Shown in pieces: positions 1-8,404 of a stretch of 18,798 nt of DNA. The position numbers and the translations under genes were made by a program. The stretch is from Ktedonobacteraceae bacterium (GTDB lineage: Bacteria; Chloroflexota; Ktedonobacteria; Ktedonobacterales; Ktedonobacteraceae): the NCBI GenBank assembly GCA_036272735.1, contig DATAYF010000474.1, positions 1 through 18,798 on the forward strand. Reading direction: 5' to 3'. Position 1 is the first letter of the stretch, and every line of letters begins with the position of its first letter. The notes under the pieces are model-generated. The model ran no database searches, had not been told where the DNA came from, and saw only the letters and a list, made by a program, of their open reading frames with translations.

Positions 1-1
1 C

Positions 2-730
2 ATTTTTGCCCAGGTGAAGCAGTACAATGAGGAGGCTGAGACGGATGAGCAAATATTACGGCTCTCGATGGATGCGAAAGCGACGGTCAAGGTCGGTCCC
101 TTTGCGCAAGGAGGAAAGAGTCGCGTCCCAACCAAAGCTGCCGACCATGATTTTCAGCCGACGACCACGGTGACCCCTGTGGGCATTTTCTTGCCTGCCT
201 CCGATGAGGTCTTTTTCTACGGCGTTCTCTCGAAAGTGACCAGCGATTGCCTGGTAGACCGTTTGGTCGACTGGTGGGAGAGCGCCAAAGAGCGCTTTTC
301 CCACATCACGACCTTGCTTATCAACCCCGACAATGGTCCGGAGAGTCACAGTCGGCGCACGCAGTTCATGCAGCGCCTGGTGGAATTTGTCAAGCGGTAT
401 CACATCACTGTTCGTCTCGCGTATTATCCTCCCTATCACAGTAAATACAACCCGGTTGAACGCTGTTGGGACATTTTAGAACAGCACTGGAATGGTTCCT
501 TGCTTGATTCTGTGGACGCCGTGATCCAGTATGCCAGAACTATGACCTGGAAAGGGAAACATCCGGTGGTCGAATTGGTAACGACCGCCTATCAGACCGG
601 CGTAAAACTGACGAAGGAGGCAATGGACCTCGTAGAAACCCAACTTCAGCGGTTACCATCCCTGGAAAAGTGGTTCGTGGACATTTGGTATGTTCCCTGC
701 CAGGGAGTTGGGACAGTTAATAATTCTTGA
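2..730 (+). CDS. ISAzo13-family DDE transposase, 5'-truncated by the window edge (C-terminal ~243 aa present)
   Basis: The frame is open from the window edge, with no in-frame stop upstream of the ATG listed at 14, through to TGA at 728-730. C-terminal motifs ...LAYYPPYHSKYNPVERCWDILEQHWNG... and ...TWKGKHPVVELVTTAYQTGVKLTKEAMDLVE...EKWFVDIWYVP match, from memory, the DDE_Tnp_ISAZ013 family signature. Confidence 0.7.
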   Translation: MFAQVKQYNEEAETDEQILRLSMDAKATVKVGPFAQGGKSRVPTKAADHDFQPTTTVTPVGIFLPASDEVFFYGVLSKVTSDCLVDRLVDWWESAKERFSHITTLLINPDNGPESHSRRTQFMQRLVEFVKRYHITVRLAYYPPYHSKYNPVERCWDILEQHWNGSLLDSVDAVIQYARTMTWKGKHPVVELVTTAYQTGVKLTKEAMDLVETQLQRLPSLEKWFVDIWYVPCQGVGTVNNS

Positions 731-852
731 GTCCCTAAGTGCTGTTTTTGGAAAGAAGAGGCGGTTTCAGATTATTGATTATGTGATTTGGGGCCGCTTC
801 TTTGCTGGGTTCAGGGGTAGAGTGAAGTGGCGCATATCAGCGCATAAAAATA

Positions 853-888
853 AGGCAGAGCCAAGAACAACCCTCGGCTTGCCTTTTT
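853..888 (+). terminator. Candidate intrinsic terminator downstream of the transposase gene
   Basis: AGGCAGAGCC (853-862) pairs with GGCTTGCCT (876-884) with one bulge, followed by TTTTT (884-888). Confidence 0.35.
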
Positions 889-1016
889 ACTGTTCTGCAT
901 GAGGACGTGTTTGCTCACGCAAACACATTCAGAACAGTACTAGAGGGATGCGCTCTAGAGGAGAGAACACCACTCGGCCAGATCAGCTAATGGGAACCAC
1001 GCAAGATGCATGGCGG

Positions 1017-1322
1017 TTAGCTGTTGGAGACGCGAGCCTTATCGTAGCACGAGCTACAATAGACAGGGCGATCCTTCGTAGGAAGGAAAGGCACTTGCGT
1101 TTCAACGCCACACTCGTCACAGATCACCGTGTGCATTTCTCTTGGAGCACGCTCACCACGATTTCCGCCCCCACCGGTGGAGCGTCGTTGTGCACGGCAA
1201 GAAGAGCAGCGAGCAGGTTTGTTCATCAGACCTTTTTGCTGGTAAAATTCCTGTTCGCCCGCAGTAAATACGAAGTCGTTACCGCACTCACGGCATTTAA
1301 GGGTTTCGTCTACGAAGTTCAA
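1017..1322 (-). CDS. Small zinc-ribbon domain protein with duplicated CxxC-x17-CxxC modules (zf-trcl-like)
   Basis: 101-aa ORF with a TTG start preceded on the minus strand by GAGGAGG and a 7-nt spacer. There are two repeats of a C-x2-C...C-x2-C module: CRECGNDFVFTAGEQEFYQQKG...CSSC and CDECGVETQVPF...CSSC. Confidence 0.7.
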   Translation of the reverse strand: MNFVDETLKCRECGNDFVFTAGEQEFYQQKGLMNKPARCSSCRAQRRSTGGGGNRGERAPREMHTVICDECGVETQVPFLPTKDRPVYCSSCYDKARVSNS

Positions 1323-1676
1323 ACTAGGACCTCCTCGTGATATGTTGGTAATCCTCCGGGTCCATATCTAGCAGGTTCACCAGTCGTCCCCTTACCAGTG
1401 TGGGATTGTCTAATCTGGACGAGCACTGTATGCGAGACCAAGATTGGATACCGAAGGAAAGCATACACTATCTTTTAGTGATATGCAAGTGGTTTTAGGG
1501 CAAAGTACCATTATAATAAATATCTTTATGTATTTTTTATATGCGGGGCATTTCCCAGTCTAGATTGACCTGTCGGCCTGGCTTGCTTGACGCTTATGAG
1601 ACAATGAAACCGAGCCATCCGAGTCCGACATGTGCACGTATCATCTATACGCGAAGAACGTTAAACAGAGAAGTCT

Positions 1677-2855
1677 ATGCCACCATTGACCTTTACAATA
1701 CAAGCCGAGTGCCCCGATTCGTGGGCACGCGCTGGCACCATTGAAACTCCGCATGGTTCTATTCCCACCCCAATTTTTATGCCCGTAGGTACGCAGGCCA
1801 CCGTGAAAAGCGTCGCACCCGAAGAGTTGCGAGCGGCGGGCGCGAAAATCATCCTCGCCAACACCTACCATTTGATGCTGCGTCCTGGCTCCGAACTGAT
1901 CGATAGCTTCGGCGGTCTGCATTCCTTTATGCACTGGGATGGGCCGATTTTGACCGATAGCGGCGGCTTCCAGGTCTGGAGCCTGGGCCATCTGCGCAAG
2001 CTGAGTGAAGAGGGGGCCGTCTTTAGATCGCACCTCGATGGCTCTTCACATACTCTCACCCCCGAACGCGTGATGCAGATCGAGGCCGAGATTGGCGCGG
2101 ATATCATTCTACCACTCGACATCTGTGCACCCTATTCCTCTTCTCCCCAACAGGCGTTGCAGGCTATGGAACGCACGCATCGCTGGGAGGAACGCGCTCT
2201 CGAAGCCAAAGAGCGCTACCGGCCTGAGCAGGCGCTTTTCGGCATCGTGCAGGGAGCCTTTGAATCAGCATTGCGTCGCCAGAGTGCGCGTTTCATCGGC
2301 AACTTGCCGTTCCCTGGCTTATCTATTGGGGGACTGTCGGTTGGTGAACCTAAGGCGCAGATGTGGGAAATGTTGGAGCAGGTGACGCCTGAACTGCCAC
2401 GCGATAAGCCGCGCCACTTGCTGGGCGTCGGTTCGCCCGAAGACCTGGTGGTGGGTGTTGGCCTGGGCATGGATATGTTCGATTGCGTGCTGCCGACACG
2501 CGTGGCGCGCCACGGCGGACTTTTTACCAGTGATGGTCGCGTCAGTATCAAGAAGGCGCGTTTCCGCACGCAGCGCGGACCCATCGAGGAGGATTGCGAC
2601 TGCTACACGTGCCAGAACTACGACGCGGCCTACGTGCACCATCTGGCGCGCAGCGAGGAGCAGCTTTACTACCGCCTGGGCAGCATCCACAATATTCGTT
2701 TTATGTTGCGCCTGGCAGACCAGTTGCGTGTGGCTATTTGTGCTGGACATTACCAGGCTTTCCGCGACGAATTTCTGGCGCGCTACGTACCAGCTTCGGA
2801 ACAGGTACGCGAGTCGCAGCGGGAAAAATGGCTAGCAGCAACCAGGACACGGTAG
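1677..2855 (+). CDS. tgt: Queuine tRNA-ribosyltransferase
   Basis: 392 aa. The N-terminus ...TPIFMPVGTQATVKSV... aligns to the E. coli Tgt motif ETPCFMPVGTYGTVKG. A Zn-site CDCYTCQNY...H is present. LTDSGGFQV and the LGVG catalytic-region motifs are also present. Confidence 0.93.
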   Translation: MPPLTFTIQAECPDSWARAGTIETPHGSIPTPIFMPVGTQATVKSVAPEELRAAGAKIILANTYHLMLRPGSELIDSFGGLHSFMHWDGPILTDSGGFQVWSLGHLRKLSEEGAVFRSHLDGSSHTLTPERVMQIEAEIGADIILPLDICAPYSSSPQQALQAMERTHRWEERALEAKERYRPEQALFGIVQGAFESALRRQSARFIGNLPFPGLSIGGLSVGEPKAQMWEMLEQVTPELPRDKPRHLLGVGSPEDLVVGVGLGMDMFDCVLPTRVARHGGLFTSDGRVSIKKARFRTQRGPIEEDCDCYTCQNYDAAYVHHLARSEEQLYYRLGSIHNIRFMLRLADQLRVAICAGHYQAFRDEFLARYVPASEQVRESQREKWLAATRTR

Positions 2856-2901
2856 TTTGTAGGAACACCAATAGACATACATAATCGAGTAGAATAAATA
2901 C

Positions 2902-3732
2902 ATGGACACATTAACATTACCCTATCGATTTATCTACACAGGCGAGCAGGATGCGGCCCTCAATATGGCTATCGACGAAGCTATTTTGCTGCATCACATC
3001 CAGGGGAAGGTTGGACCGACGCTGCGCGTGTTTCGTTGGAAGCAACCGGCCATCTCACTCGGTCGTTTTCAGGATGTGGAGCGCGAGATTGCCAGCGACG
3101 TATGTGAGCAGAAGGGCGTTATGCTGGTGCGGCGTCCCACGGGCGGGCGGGCGGTCTACCATCGCGACGAGTTCACCTATAGTATTGTGTTGGGCAAGCG
3201 CGATGGCGCGCCTTTGGGCGTGGTCGCGGCGTATGCTTATCTCGCGCAAGGACTGGTTGCGGCGCTACAGCGTTTAGGCGTGCAGGCGGAACTGAGCGAG
3301 GGACGCGTGAGCAAGCAACCCTCGGCGGCCTGCTTTGCCTCTTCGACACAGGCGGATCTGACCAGCGGCGGCTTCAAACTGGTGGGGAGTGCGCAACGCT
3401 GGCAGGATGAATCGCTGGTGCAACAGGGCTCGCTACCGCTGGATGATCGTGCGCCGGAGTTCTACGACATGCTGTGTTTCTCAAGCGAGGAAGCACGGCA
3501 GGAGGCATTGGCACACTATCGCGAGCAGACAACGCCACTGCACGAATTCGCACCGACGGCCTCGTGGGATGAGGTTGCGCAGGCGTTTCGGCAGGGCTTT
3601 GGTGATGCCCTGGGCGCGCAATTTGCCGCGCAAGAACTCAGCACATCCGAGTGGGACCTGGCCCGCCAGCTTGTCGAGGAAAAATATCACACCCTGGCAT
3701 GGCGGCAGGAGCGCGTCAGGCTGATCAAGTGA
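2902..3732 (+). CDS. Lipoate-protein ligase / octanoyltransferase family protein (BPL/LPL catalytic domain; LplA/LipM-like)
   Basis: 276 aa. Motifs ...RRPTGGRAVYHRDEFTYSIV... and ...SACF...GGFKLVGSAQRWQDESLVQQGSLPLD... are characteristic of the LplA/LipB-family catalytic domain. It sits 46 nt downstream of tgt with no intervening terminator. Confidence 0.8.
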   Translation: MDTLTLPYRFIYTGEQDAALNMAIDEAILLHHIQGKVGPTLRVFRWKQPAISLGRFQDVEREIASDVCEQKGVMLVRRPTGGRAVYHRDEFTYSIVLGKRDGAPLGVVAAYAYLAQGLVAALQRLGVQAELSEGRVSKQPSAACFASSTQADLTSGGFKLVGSAQRWQDESLVQQGSLPLDDRAPEFYDMLCFSSEEARQEALAHYREQTTPLHEFAPTASWDEVAQAFRQGFGDALGAQFAAQELSTSEWDLARQLVEEKYHTLAWRQERVRLIK

Positions 3733-3748
3733 GCCAGGACGACCAGCC

Positions 3749-3785
3749 GCGAGGGACGGTTCCCTTTGCGGGGGTCATCCCTCGC
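3749..3785 (+). terminator. GC-rich hairpin immediately downstream of the lipoate ligase stop. Possible terminator or insulator; it lacks a T-run.
   Basis: GCGAGGGA (3749-3756) pairs with TCCCTCGC (3778-3785), a perfect 8-bp stem. The loop contains CCC...GGG. It is followed by AGGTTGTCTCCC, not T-rich. Confidence 0.3.
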
Positions 3786-3803
3786 AGGTTGTCTCCCACA
3801 ACA

Positions 3804-3832
3804 TTGCACCAATTTTACAGGTGCGGTACAAT
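3804..3832 (+). promoter_or_regulatory. Sigma70-type promoter for the GlcG-like operon
   Basis: TTGCAC (3804-3809), a 17-nt spacer, then TACAAT (3827-3832). This predicts a leader of roughly 180 nt before the GTG start at 4024. Confidence 0.55.
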
Positions 3833-4023
3833 GTGCGCAATACAGTGAGGTTCCGCTACAAAGCAACAGGTATTATCATCCGATGCCCGGCGTGCATTCA
3901 TCTGAACGGAAAAACATATTAGCGGACACCAATTGGCTGTGATCTGGGGCCTGACGAGAGGCAGAGTTTTATTCCTACCACCACTATGTTTGTTTTTTAG
4001 ACAAAAGGAAGGTAGTTTTCTGG

Positions 4024-4698
4024 GTGAGCATATCGATTGATATGGCGCGTCGGATTGTCGAAGCGTGTAAGCAGCGCGCCCGCGATTTTCGCAGTCCGGT
4101 GAGCATTGCCGTAGTTGACGCCGGAGGGCACCTGGTCCTCTTTGAGCGTATGATGGCACCGTATGGTTGGATCACGAGCGATATTAGTATCGCCAAGGCC
4201 GCAACGGCCGTGATGTTCAACCAATCCACCGATGCAGTCGCCCAATGGGGGGCGAGTATCCCTGGCTTTGCATCGAGCCTGTCATCAATGACCAATGGCA
4301 AATTTGTCATGGCGGCTGGCGGTTGGCCTGTTCGGGTTGGTGGGGTAACGATTGGTGGCATCGGCATCAGCGGTGGCAATGCGCCGGGACGCGATGATGA
4401 AATTGCGCGCGCAGGCCTGGCCGCAATCGATGCTGCGCCTGCAACGCCGGTCCCGCCTACACATCAGCAGGCGTATACCGGAGCGTTGACGGCTCAGCCA
4501 GTCGCGTCGTATCCGCCTTATCCGCAGCCCTACCAACAACCCTACGCCGCGCCACAAACGCCACGACCAAAAGAAGAAGCCCCACGACCAGGCTATAGCG
4601 GAGCACCCTATACCAGAGAGCTTCTTCCCGGCCAGGATCACGCTAATAACGATGGTTCCTTACCGCCCCCCACGGAACATTCAGGAGATCAATCATGA
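4024..4698 (+). CDS. GlcG/HbpS-like (DUF336) putative heme/corrinoid-binding protein with a C-terminal Pro/Gln/Tyr-rich low-complexity tail
   Basis: GTG start 11 nt after AAGGAAGG. The first ~140 aa (...VSIAVVDAGGHLVLFERM...SIAKAATAVMFN...GGVTIGGIGISGG...) match the GlcG/HbpS fold signature. The tail YPPYPQPYQQPYAAPQTPRPKEE... is low complexity. Confidence 0.7.
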   Translation: MSISIDMARRIVEACKQRARDFRSPVSIAVVDAGGHLVLFERMMAPYGWITSDISIAKAATAVMFNQSTDAVAQWGASIPGFASSLSSMTNGKFVMAAGGWPVRVGGVTIGGIGISGGNAPGRDDEIARAGLAAIDAAPATPVPPTHQQAYTGALTAQPVASYPPYPQPYQQPYAAPQTPRPKEEAPRPGYSGAPYTRELLPGQDHANNDGSLPPPTEHSGDQS

Positions 4699-5468
4699 GC
4701 CAGGAACAAAGAGAAATTCGTAGACGAGCAAGACGTACAGCTAACGCCCAGCGTAACCGACCAACGCTCGTCACCGCCAAAGATAGCGAGCAGCAAACGT
4801 CGGCCTTCGAGTCCTACGAAACCACTACGGCAACCGTCGATCAGGAGCCAGAACAGCCTATAGAGGTAACAGAGGCCAAAGAGAAGCCGAAAGTTCGTCG
4901 TGGCTTCTTCTTGACCACTGGGAAGAAGGATGCAGCAGCAGGCGAGAAGGACGAGGTTGCGCAGGAGCGACTGGCCCGTGCGACGCGCGGCAAAAGTGAG
5001 CTGGAAGCTAAACAGGAGTCAGTCGCCAAAAAGCCAGCGGCGGCCCGTACGCCCACCAAAGGTGGATTTAAGACCCGCTACATCGTCGGCATGGCGCTCT
5101 ACCTGCTGTGTGCCAACTTTGTCGGCTCCTTCGAGGTACAGGGTCTGCGTTCGGCTGGCCTGGACAGGGTGTTGACCACATTCAACCTCTTCGGTGGCAA
5201 GATGGTTGTTAGCACATCGACGATAGCATTTATTGCTACGCTGGTCATCCTCCTGATCTTGTTGGCGAAGTTCGACCTGATCCCCAGCAGCCTCGGTATG
5301 GGCATGAATACAGCGCGGCCCGTGAGCAAGACTGGTAGCAGTGAGGCAACGCCCGGAGTGCCAGCGCCAAAGTTTACCCAGCCAGCGGTGCGCCAGGGCG
5401 TGGCAGGTGAACACGACGATCTCTATCAAGAGTATCGCTCGAATCAACGCCGCAGCAAGAAAAAATAA
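4695..5468 (+). CDS. Hypothetical protein: highly charged disordered N-terminal region (~135 aa) followed by 1-2 predicted transmembrane helices
   Basis: Start ATG overlaps the upstream stop (ATGA at 4695-4698), indicating translational coupling. A K/R/E-rich N-terminus is followed by hydrophobic segments IVGMALYLLCANFVG and STIAFIATLVILLILLA. No family is recognised. Confidence 0.55.
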   Translation: MSQEQREIRRRARRTANAQRNRPTLVTAKDSEQQTSAFESYETTTATVDQEPEQPIEVTEAKEKPKVRRGFFLTTGKKDAAAGEKDEVAQERLARATRGKSELEAKQESVAKKPAAARTPTKGGFKTRYIVGMALYLLCANFVGSFEVQGLRSAGLDRVLTTFNLFGGKMVVSTSTIAFIATLVILLILLAKFDLIPSSLGMGMNTARPVSKTGSSEATPGVPAPKFTQPAVRQGVAGEHDDLYQEYRSNQRRSKKK

Positions 5469-5478
5469 GAGCACAGCA

Positions 5479-5522
5479 TAAAAGCAGCAGAGCATCATAA
5501 CCAGGATGCCCTGCTGCTTTTG
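5479..5522. terminator. Bidirectional intrinsic terminator between convergent genes
   Basis: AAAGCAGCAG (5481-5490) pairs with CTGCTGCTTT (5511-5520), with inner GCATC/GATGC pairing. The stem is flanked by A-run and T-run sequence on both sides. Confidence 0.65.
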
Positions 5523-5548
5523 TCGTCTTACCCCATCATGCGCACAGC

Positions 5549-8017
5549 TTATTTGAGCCTCTTGAAATCGATAGCGGCTGTTCCCAGGCCGTGAGCAACG
5601 ATGGTCTGTGGATCACCGGGCAGGATATCGAGCATGTTATCGTCCCACGAGACATTCGCGTCCGCGGAGAGTAGGACACCTTTAGCGGGCCGTACAGCCG
5701 AGATAATGATGGTATCATCCTCGCGTGCAAGCTTGATTTCAGGATCGGGTATATCCAGGTACTTGAACGGTTCAGGCCAGAGCGCGGTACGCGCCAGCGC
5801 GGCCCCGTCTTTCAGCAAGCGTGCATTAATAACCAACTGTTTGTTTCGCGTGTATGGCACTGTTCCCAATTCAGTGGCCTGGTTAGGCAACAGGGTTACA
5901 TGGCGTGTTTCTTCCCCGACGCATTCCCCTTGCAACGTCCACGTGCGTAGCTCTACATCGGCTTCCAGTGCCGTTAGCGTGCCGTTGACAGCCCAGAGTT
6001 CAGCCGTATCTTGCTGCCCTTGAACGAGACCGAGCGCGAACGATGCCAGCGCACGTTTGATGGTATAGTACGCGGCCTTGGGGTGCAGCTCATAGTCGAC
6101 ATAGGCCCAGCTTACGACCGGCCAGCAATCGTTAATCTGCCAGACCAAAGCTCCGGCACTGTATTCACGCTGAGGACCAGCCCAACGCCGTCGCCAGCCA
6201 CGAATGCCACTGACCAGCGCCTCGGATTGAACCAATTGCGATTTGTATACGTAGTCTGCCAGATCCACGGGATAGCGCACGTTCTCGATCAGATAATGCC
6301 CAAGACGTTCAGGACCGCCCCCGGCTTTATTATGAAAATCGAGGGTGCTACTTTGCGGATAGCGTTCGCTTTGTGGTGTGAAAGCTTCGATCATTTTCAG
6401 ATCAGGAAAGGCCTGCATGCCAAATTCGCTCACAAAGCGCCCCGGAAATGTATCGTACTGCTGATAGGAGGCCATTTGCCCGTGCCAGACCGACCAGACG
6501 TGCTGGTCACCAAGCGTAAGATCGTTCGCATCGCTGCCAGCGTAGGGACTGCCAGGCCAGTATGGGCGCGTTGGATCGAGTTGTGCGCAGGCCGTGGGTA
6601 AGAGCCGTTCGTAGAGCGTGCGACCAGGGAAGGCTGTCTGTGTGAAATCACCATCAAACGCGGAATCGTAGGTCCCAAGCGAGCCCGCGACGAGATAATC
6701 CTCATTGTTGCCACTCCATACGACCAACGAAGGATGGTGGCGCAGACGACGTATATTGGCTTCAGCCTCAGCCTGAACACTGGCCTGAAACTGCTCGTGC
6801 GCGGGATACATACCGCAGGCAAACATAAAGTCCTGCCACACCAACAAACCAAGCTCATCACAGAGCGCGTAAAAAATGTCCTCTTCATAAATACCACCAC
6901 CCCAGACGCGCAACATGGTCAGGTTGCCCTCGGCCGCGAGTTGTAGCCAGGCCCGGTAGCGCTCAGGTGTGGCCCTGGACAAAAAGGAATCGGCGGGAAT
7001 CCAGTTCGCCCCACCACAGAAAATGGGGGTATTGTTGATCTCGAAGAAGAATGATGTCCCTTCTTGATCGACGAGGGCTTGCTGTACCAGGCGCAAACGG
7101 CGCAGCCCCAGGCGTTCTTCTGCACGATCCAGCGTTTCGCCGTCTATCACCAGCGTTGTTTCTAGACGGTAGAGGGGCTGCTCGCCATAGCCACGCGGCC
7201 ACCAGAGTTCGGGTTGAGCCAGCGTGAACGTATGCTGAAGGATGGGCTCGGTGGCTGGTAAGGTATGCTCGGCTACCCGCTTTCCGGCGGCTGAGAAGAG
7301 GCACAGACGAAGCATAAGATTGGAGGACAGCGTAGCCTGCGCGCTTGCCAGTTGCACCTGCACGGGGAGCGCCGCGCTGCTGAGATCCTCGCTGACCTCT
7401 ACCGGACAGTGCACATCAGCGATACGGGCTGTAAAGGTTTCCAGGCGTACAGAGCGCCACAGACCGGCGGTTATAAAAGTCGGCCCCCAGTCCCACCCAT
7501 AGTGATACTGAGCCTTGCGTACATACAGGCGACTCGCATCGCCATTCCAGGCTGCCAGTGCTCCATACTGGGTTTCGAGCTCTTTGCCACGGCGCATGGC
7601 CGATTCAAACAAGATACGTAGCTCATTCTGGCCGGGCTGTAACAGGGAGGCAACGCGCACGCGATAGGGTACGAACATATTGTCACTGCACAAAATCTGC
7701 ATGCCATTGAGCCAGACGGTGGCGAAAGTATCCAGGCCATCGAAACAAAGCTCGGTTGTTTCATCTCGTGCGAAATCTGCGGGCAAGCTAAACTGGCAGC
7801 GGTACAACCAATCGGCCTCACCGATCCATTGCAGTTCCTTTTCGTTCTGACCGTAGAAGGGGTCGGCGATGCGACCGGCAGCCAGCAGATCCATATGAAT
7901 ACTACCGGGAACAGTCGCCGGAAGCCAATCGCCAGCGGAAGCGAAGGCATCCTCTAACGTTTGTGTTGCGGACCGCTGTTTGCATTGCCACTGTTGAGAA
8001 AGATGCAAGTGTTGCAT
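5549..8017 (-). CDS. Glycoside hydrolase family 2 beta-mannosidase
   Basis: 822 aa. The N-terminal ...WLPATVPGSIHMDLLAAGRIADPFYGQNE... and internal ...WSGNNED..., ...NEFP.../...VSEFGMQAFP... regions are typical of GH2 beta-mannosidase (ManB/CsxA-like) sugar-binding and TIM-barrel domains. Confidence 0.85.
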   Translation of the reverse strand: MQHLHLSQQWQCKQRSATQTLEDAFASAGDWLPATVPGSIHMDLLAAGRIADPFYGQNEKELQWIGEADWLYRCQFSLPADFARDETTELCFDGLDTFATVWLNGMQILCSDNMFVPYRVRVASLLQPGQNELRILFESAMRRGKELETQYGALAAWNGDASRLYVRKAQYHYGWDWGPTFITAGLWRSVRLETFTARIADVHCPVEVSEDLSSAALPVQVQLASAQATLSSNLMLRLCLFSAAGKRVAEHTLPATEPILQHTFTLAQPELWWPRGYGEQPLYRLETTLVIDGETLDRAEERLGLRRLRLVQQALVDQEGTSFFFEINNTPIFCGGANWIPADSFLSRATPERYRAWLQLAAEGNLTMLRVWGGGIYEEDIFYALCDELGLLVWQDFMFACGMYPAHEQFQASVQAEAEANIRRLRHHPSLVVWSGNNEDYLVAGSLGTYDSAFDGDFTQTAFPGRTLYERLLPTACAQLDPTRPYWPGSPYAGSDANDLTLGDQHVWSVWHGQMASYQQYDTFPGRFVSEFGMQAFPDLKMIEAFTPQSERYPQSSTLDFHNKAGGGPERLGHYLIENVRYPVDLADYVYKSQLVQSEALVSGIRGWRRRWAGPQREYSAGALVWQINDCWPVVSWAYVDYELHPKAAYYTIKRALASFALGLVQGQQDTAELWAVNGTLTALEADVELRTWTLQGECVGEETRHVTLLPNQATELGTVPYTRNKQLVINARLLKDGAALARTALWPEPFKYLDIPDPEIKLAREDDTIIISAVRPAKGVLLSADANVSWDDNMLDILPGDPQTIVAHGLGTAAIDFKRLK

Positions 8018-8194
8018 AACAGACTAATTTTGCTCTCTTTCGTTCATGAATTTTGTTAATGCGATGGGCACGTTTCTCCAAGCAGGGTCCAGGGGCGGTA
8101 GCCCCTGGCGGGGTGTGGGGTGTCCCCACCGGCTCTTTCTCCTTGCCGCCGAAGGTGGCGAAACGAACGTGCTATCAGCATAGCAGTATCGCAA

Positions 8195-8208
8195 CCATTG
8201 CGCAATGG
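8195..8208. promoter_or_regulatory. Perfect 14-bp palindrome CCATTGCGCAATGG. Candidate transcription-factor operator in the divergent mannosidase/DAHP-synthase intergenic region.
   Basis: Exact dyad symmetry with no spacer, about 180 bp upstream of the mannosidase start and about 135 bp upstream of the DAHP synthase promoter -35 element. Confidence 0.35.
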
Positions 8209-8285
8209 GAATTGTAGAGGATGCATGTAACACATCAACGTTTGGCAGCAAATACTATTTTGCGCCTCGTGTATAGTAAATAAGG

Positions 8286-8308
8286 GTTTGGAATTCGTAT
8301 TTCCAAAC
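8286..8308. promoter_or_regulatory. Inverted repeat GTTTGGAA-n7-TTCCAAAC. Candidate operator or activator site just upstream of the DAHP synthase promoter.
   Basis: Perfect 8-bp arms with a 7-bp spacer, centred about 36 bp upstream of the -35 hexamer at 8333. Confidence 0.35.
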
Positions 8309-8332
8309 GTCCTAAACGCGTAGCTTCCCCTC

Positions 8333-8361
8333 TTGACAGATAGGGACAAGCTACTTATAAT
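8333..8361 (+). promoter_or_regulatory. Perfect-consensus sigma70-type promoter (TTGACA-17-TATAAT) driving the leader and DAHP synthase
   Basis: TTGACA at 8333-8338, exactly 17 nt of spacer, then TATAAT at 8356-8361. Confidence 0.7.
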
Positions 8362-8404
8362 TTGTAATAGTAAGCAAGAAATTTTTCGAAGAGAATACAC
8401 AACA

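Larger units (their letters stand above)
1..890 (+). mobile_element. Right-hand portion of an ISAzo13-family insertion sequence. The right boundary is not resolved; it should lie between the transposase stop (730) and about 900.
   Basis: Truncated transposase at the window edge, followed by a hairpin plus T-run at 853-888. No inverted repeat could be matched because the left end lies outside the window. Confidence 0.4.

Noticed and set aside
948-1340. 130-aa + strand ORF overlapping the zinc-ribbon gene
   Set aside because: Antisense to a gene with a strong RBS and clear CxxC architecture. No RBS and no recognisable domain. Likely spurious.
1641-2033. Minus-strand ORFs inside tgt (and similar antisense ORFs inside the mannosidase, DAHP synthase and reductase genes, e.g. 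6011-6601, 9266-9697, 17648-18358)
   Set aside because: All are fully embedded antisense or out-of-frame ORFs within confidently assigned genes of GC-rich coding sequence. No independent support.
3950-3975. Hammerhead-like CTGACGAG motif in the GlcG leader
   Set aside because: Only the CUGANGA half of the core is present. There is no matching GAAA element or flanking helices.
8086-8160. Possible tRNA or other small structured RNA in the GC-rich island
   Set aside because: No T-loop (GTTCRANYC) or D-loop consensus, and the region cannot be folded into a cloverleaf. Kept only as a pair of hairpins.
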